The translations under genes were made by a program, and so were the position numbers. From assembly GCA_965224685.1 (NCBI GenBank), contig CBDDAB010000016.1, positions 6,426-70,425 of the forward strand: a stretch of DNA of 64,000 bases, in the 5' to 3' direction. This DNA comes from Verrucomicrobiales bacterium. GTDB lineage: Bacteria > Verrucomicrobiota > Verrucomicrobiia > Verrucomicrobiales > DEV007. Below are positions 61,340 to 64,000 of the stretch, one piece after another; positions within the stretch are counted from its first letter, which is position 1; each line of letters opens with the position of its first letter. The notes under the pieces were generated by a model, which worked only from the letters and a program-made list of their open reading frames with translations, did no database searches and was not told the DNA's origin.

Positions 61340-64000
61340 TTATTGTCCCCATTGGTCTACATTGTCCGCTAGATCCACAACAGCCCCCGCAGCCCCCGCT
61401 TCCCCAAAAGGCAGTTCCAAAGAATCAACAAAGGCTGCACCATCGCCGAGCACCTGATCACCATTTCCCGATTCAACGGAATCTACAAGATCGTCTAAAT
61501 CCTTTTTAGCCGCTTTAGAAATATTTTTGGTGTTCACATACAGAAGTAGTATGCCTAGAAATTGGTTTGCACCACCCCGGCGGATTTGATTAACTGCTGT
61601 ACTATTGCTGCTTTTCACCAGACGGTTTCTCCTCCACCAGCTGCGCTTCACGCTATAAACTTCAACGACTCCCGTCAATTTAAATTTGTTATGCCTCTTG
61701 GCGATTTCATAATTTTCATCCGAGAGAATTTTTTGTATTTTTTCATCAACACTTTTCCCATCATTGATAAACTTAAGAGTTGGGAATTGATCTATGCGGT
61801 CCGCAAGTTCATCGCTCTCCGCGGCTCTCACAAGCTTGTTAAGTATCGAATCCTTGGTATCACATGACCATTCTTTGTTTTTACGACCGCGCTTAAACCA
61901 ATCGCGGTCCAATTCTATATTTTTAACAAAAACAAGCGTATCTCTATGTGTGCGCCACCCTTTAGTTGGATGATTTCCCTTGATTCTATTAATTGCCTTA
62001 GATTTTGCGCCGCGCGTTGAACCTACATACCCTTTCTCCAACGTGGGATTAAAAACGAAATAAGCCTGCGTGGCTAAACCAAGATAGTCAATACTATTTA
62101 CAGGATCGTTACCAACGAAGCCATAAAGGTTCAAGCCTCCTCTCTCCCCGATAGGATCTCTAGATAGCCAACGCCCCGTATTGGGCTCATAGTAACGATA
62201 GCCATAGTAATTTAATCCACTTTCTTCGTCAGTGAATTTCGTGCTGAACTGAAAGGGATTCTTCTTCGCCATGGGGCCCGTGCGGCGATGCACTTCGCCG
62301 AAGGCGCCATAGTCATATTCCGCTGTAATATCCATGGGCAAGGCAGGGCTTGCTAGCAATATTACGTTACCGCGGAGATCATGGACGACGGCATGGGTAT
62401 CGCTGATAGCGCGATTGCTATCGAGCTCTTCAATCACATGAAGCGCTCCAATTCCTCCGGTCGCAGAAATACTGTCGGCCACATCCAATCCCCATACATA
62501 GCTTTGCCCGTGATCGGTCCCGCTTGCTTCATCAATCCAGCGATGCATGAGGTTCCATCCGTCATACACATAAAACTCTTTACGGAGTTCGGTCCATTGG
62601 CTCATATTGAGAGCAGGTAATCCATCGGGGGTATTTGTGTTCGCTTTATATACGATCTTCTGGATTCTTCTGCCTTGCCAATCATAGGTAAACTCTATCA
62701 AGCGATGGGTATCGGCAGTCATTCCGGAAAAAGACTTACTCATCATTTTCTGAAGCCGGTTCTCCGCATCCCATTTGTAATACCACCTCCAGTCCTCGAT
62801 TAAGTTACCGTCGCCGTCATAGTTGGGAGCAAAGGAACCATTTGGGAAATAACATTCACCAGTTTCCACAGTTGTGCCGTTTACCTTGACATCAATATCG
62901 CGACGTTTGGGCCCGGTATCTGACAATTCTTTTCTCCAAAAGGGATGCTGACGATCATTGCTGGCGATGGATAGCCCATCAACGAGCACCGTATCGGAGG
63001 CGTTGGCAGCGGTTCCGAAAACATTGCACTTTCCGGGATCGGTGATGCTTGTGTACTCATTCACTGCATTCCGGGAATAATACTTTGCTGGGACTGCATA
63101 CGGATTGAACACGCCTTGTGAATCTGGATTACCACCCGTGCGGGTGGACGATCGATTGCCTGCATTGTCATAGTAGTAAAGATACTGTTGGCCCGCCAAG
63201 TCAATCACATTACTACCGGGTGTGGCTGGCGGCGTGCAGCGGAACGCCTCGACAACCTGGCCCTTGGAGTCGTATTCATAGAGCCAGAAGGGCCCGCCCT
63301 CTTTTCCTACCCGCTCCCGTTGCCTTAACCCATTCCGTCGCTCAACGTAACGGCTTACATTGACGCTGCCATCATGAGAAGTTGTGCTAATGCTCGTCAA
63401 CTCTGCATCGCCGTAACGCCCCGCAGCATACAACCTGTTGATCGTTAGATAAGCTGATGTCCCGGGCGAATCGTAAAAATCAACCGATTCCCTTCTCCCA
63501 AAGGCATCAACCCCATAGGAAACGAGATTGCTAGGGGTGCTCCCAGCCACACCTGAGGGCATACCGTATTGGACTCTCCAGTCAAAGTCTTGATACGATA
63601 CGGTTTTGCCTGACGACGTGTGATCAATGCTGATGAGATCTGGCCGGGTTTCGTCGTAGGTTTTATTCAACACAAACCCATCTAAAGGTCCCGTTCCCCA
63701 ATCCTCTTGTGTGAGCTGCCCGCTACCAGGATCGTAGCCGAGTGTGGCTTCTTGGCCACCGCCAATGACTTCATCCACTCTTCCTTGAGCATCATAGCGA
63801 AAGGTCCTCACTGGGATACTCCCGTCCGAATAGGTAACAGTTTCTACCTGTCCCGCCGGCGTGTAGGTATAGGTGGTGGTGACGTTTCTGGCCCAAGTGC
63901 GGCTGTGCAGTAAGCCATTGGCGTCATACTTGTATTCGACCTCTTGGCCTGATGCGTCTTTCTTTTTCAACAACACTCCAGTTGGCACATCCCTGATCCA
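61340..64000 (-). CDS. Rhs/YD-repeat protein, 5'-truncated by the window edge, with a C-terminal polymorphic toxin domain that may be GIY-YIG-like.
   Basis: Numerous YD repeats (YKYDANGLL, TFRYDAQGRV, YYYDNAGNRS, ...). Conserved core end YYEPNTGRWLSRDPIGERGGLNLYGFVGNDPVNSIDYLGL. A ~300-aa C-terminal domain follows, beginning AYFVFNPTLEKGYVGSTRGAKSKAINRIKGNH (GIY...YIG...R...H-like spacing). The frame is open from 63988 to 64000. Confidence 0.9.
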   Translation of the reverse strand, partial: WIRDVPTGVLLKKKDASGQEVEYKYDANGLLHSRTWARNVTTTYTYTPAGQVETVTYSDGSIPVRTFRYDAQGRVDEVIGGGQEATLGYDPGSGQLTQEDWGTGPLDGFVLNKTYDETRPDLISIDHTSSGKTVSYQDFDWRVQYGMPSGVAGSTPSNLVSYGVDAFGRRESVDFYDSPGTSAYLTINRLYAAGRYGDAELTSISTTSHDGSVNVSRYVERRNGLRQRERVGKEGGPFWLYEYDSKGQVVEAFRCTPPATPGSNVIDLAGQQYLYYYDNAGNRSSTRTGGNPDSQGVFNPYAVPAKYYSRNAVNEYTSITDPGKCNVFGTAANASDTVLVDGLSIASNDRQHPFWRKELSDTGPKRRDIDVKVNGTTVETGECYFPNGSFAPNYDGDGNLIEDWRWYYKWDAENRLQKMMSKSFSGMTADTHRLIEFTYDWQGRRIQKIVYKANTNTPDGLPALNMSQWTELRKEFYVYDGWNLMHRWIDEASGTDHGQSYVWGLDVADSISATGGIGALHVIEELDSNRAISDTHAVVHDLRGNVILLASPALPMDITAEYDYGAFGEVHRRTGPMAKKNPFQFSTKFTDEESGLNYYGYRYYEPNTGRWLSRDPIGERGGLNLYGFVGNDPVNSIDYLGLATQAYFVFNPTLEKGYVGSTRGAKSKAINRIKGNHPTKGWRTHRDTLVFVKNIELDRDWFKRGRKNKEWSCDTKDSILNKLVRAAESDELADRIDQFPTLKFINDGKSVDEKIQKILSDENYEIAKRHNKFKLTGVVEVYSVKRSWWRRNRLVKSSNSTAVNQIRRGGANQFLGILLLYVNTKNISKAAKKDLDDLVDSVESGNGDQVLGDGAAFVDSLELPFGEAGAAGAVVDLADNVDQWGQ

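Overview
This is a 64-kb window from a high-GC (~57-60%) bacterium. ECF/'plancto-verruco' type sigma factors paired with giant Ser/Thr kinases, Rhs toxins, a lamin-tail/CotH protein and a single-chain pyruvate carboxylase point to a Planctomycetes/Verrucomicrobia-like genome.

Ordinary housekeeping blocks I am confident about: asd and a short-chain polyprenyl synthase (1.4-3.3 kb); pyc (9.0-12.5 kb); a priA-containing operon (35.5-38.5 kb); and a complete pdhA-pdhB-E2-lpdA pyruvate dehydrogenase operon followed by a MoxR ATPase (41.5-47.2 kb).

Accessory or unusual content:
- 3.35-8.9 kb: a low-GC island carrying an acyltransferase-like gene, an adenylate-forming-like gene, an ECF sigma factor fused to a transmembrane and helical-repeat domain, and a related membrane protein. 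A 37-bp tandem duplication sits at its right edge.
- 15.3-22.0 kb: an ECF-type sigma gene directly upstream of a 1941-aa receptor Ser/Thr kinase (zinc ribbon, degenerate kinase-like domain, active kinase, one TM helix, WD40 propeller, helical repeats, C-terminal galactose-binding-like domain).
- 22.1-25.2 kb: a secreted 1049-aa protein with three N-terminal ~75-aa repeats and an M19-dipeptidase-like amidohydrolase core.
- 25.9-33.8 kb: the most striking candidate system. A tightly coupled three-gene operon of an NfeD/YqiJ-like membrane protein, a flotillin/SPFH YqiK-like protein and a 1678-aa protein with a MoxR/AAA_5-type ATPase module near its C-terminus. The flotillin stop and giant-gene start are separated by one nucleotide (TAAgATG).
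- 38.5-39.9 kb: a short BLUF blue-light photoreceptor gene overlapping by 4 nt a CPBP (CAAX/Abi) intramembrane protease gene, immediately upstream of priA.
- 47.3-52.3 kb: a lamin-tail/CotH gene interrupted twice by two different IS256-family elements. Each insertion has identifiable terminal inverted repeats and 8-9 bp target-site duplications, and the ancestral reading frame can be reconstructed exactly.
- 52.9-55.8 kb: IS4-family and ISL3-family insertions.
- 55.7-64.0 kb: an Rhs toxin locus read on the minus strand. It comprises a main Rhs gene (5'-truncated by the window edge) with a putative GIY-YIG-like C-terminal toxin, a low-GC lipoprotein immunity candidate, a RAYT/IS200-like tyrosine transposase pseudogene with an in-frame TGA inside a 208-bp tandem duplication, an IS66 tnpC remnant, a MazF/PemK-type toxin-antitoxin pair, and two orphan Rhs C-terminal toxin cassettes. 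One orphan is inactivated by a 1-nt deletion and the other is 3'-truncated by the ISL3 insertion.

I found no rRNA, tRNA or CRISPR.
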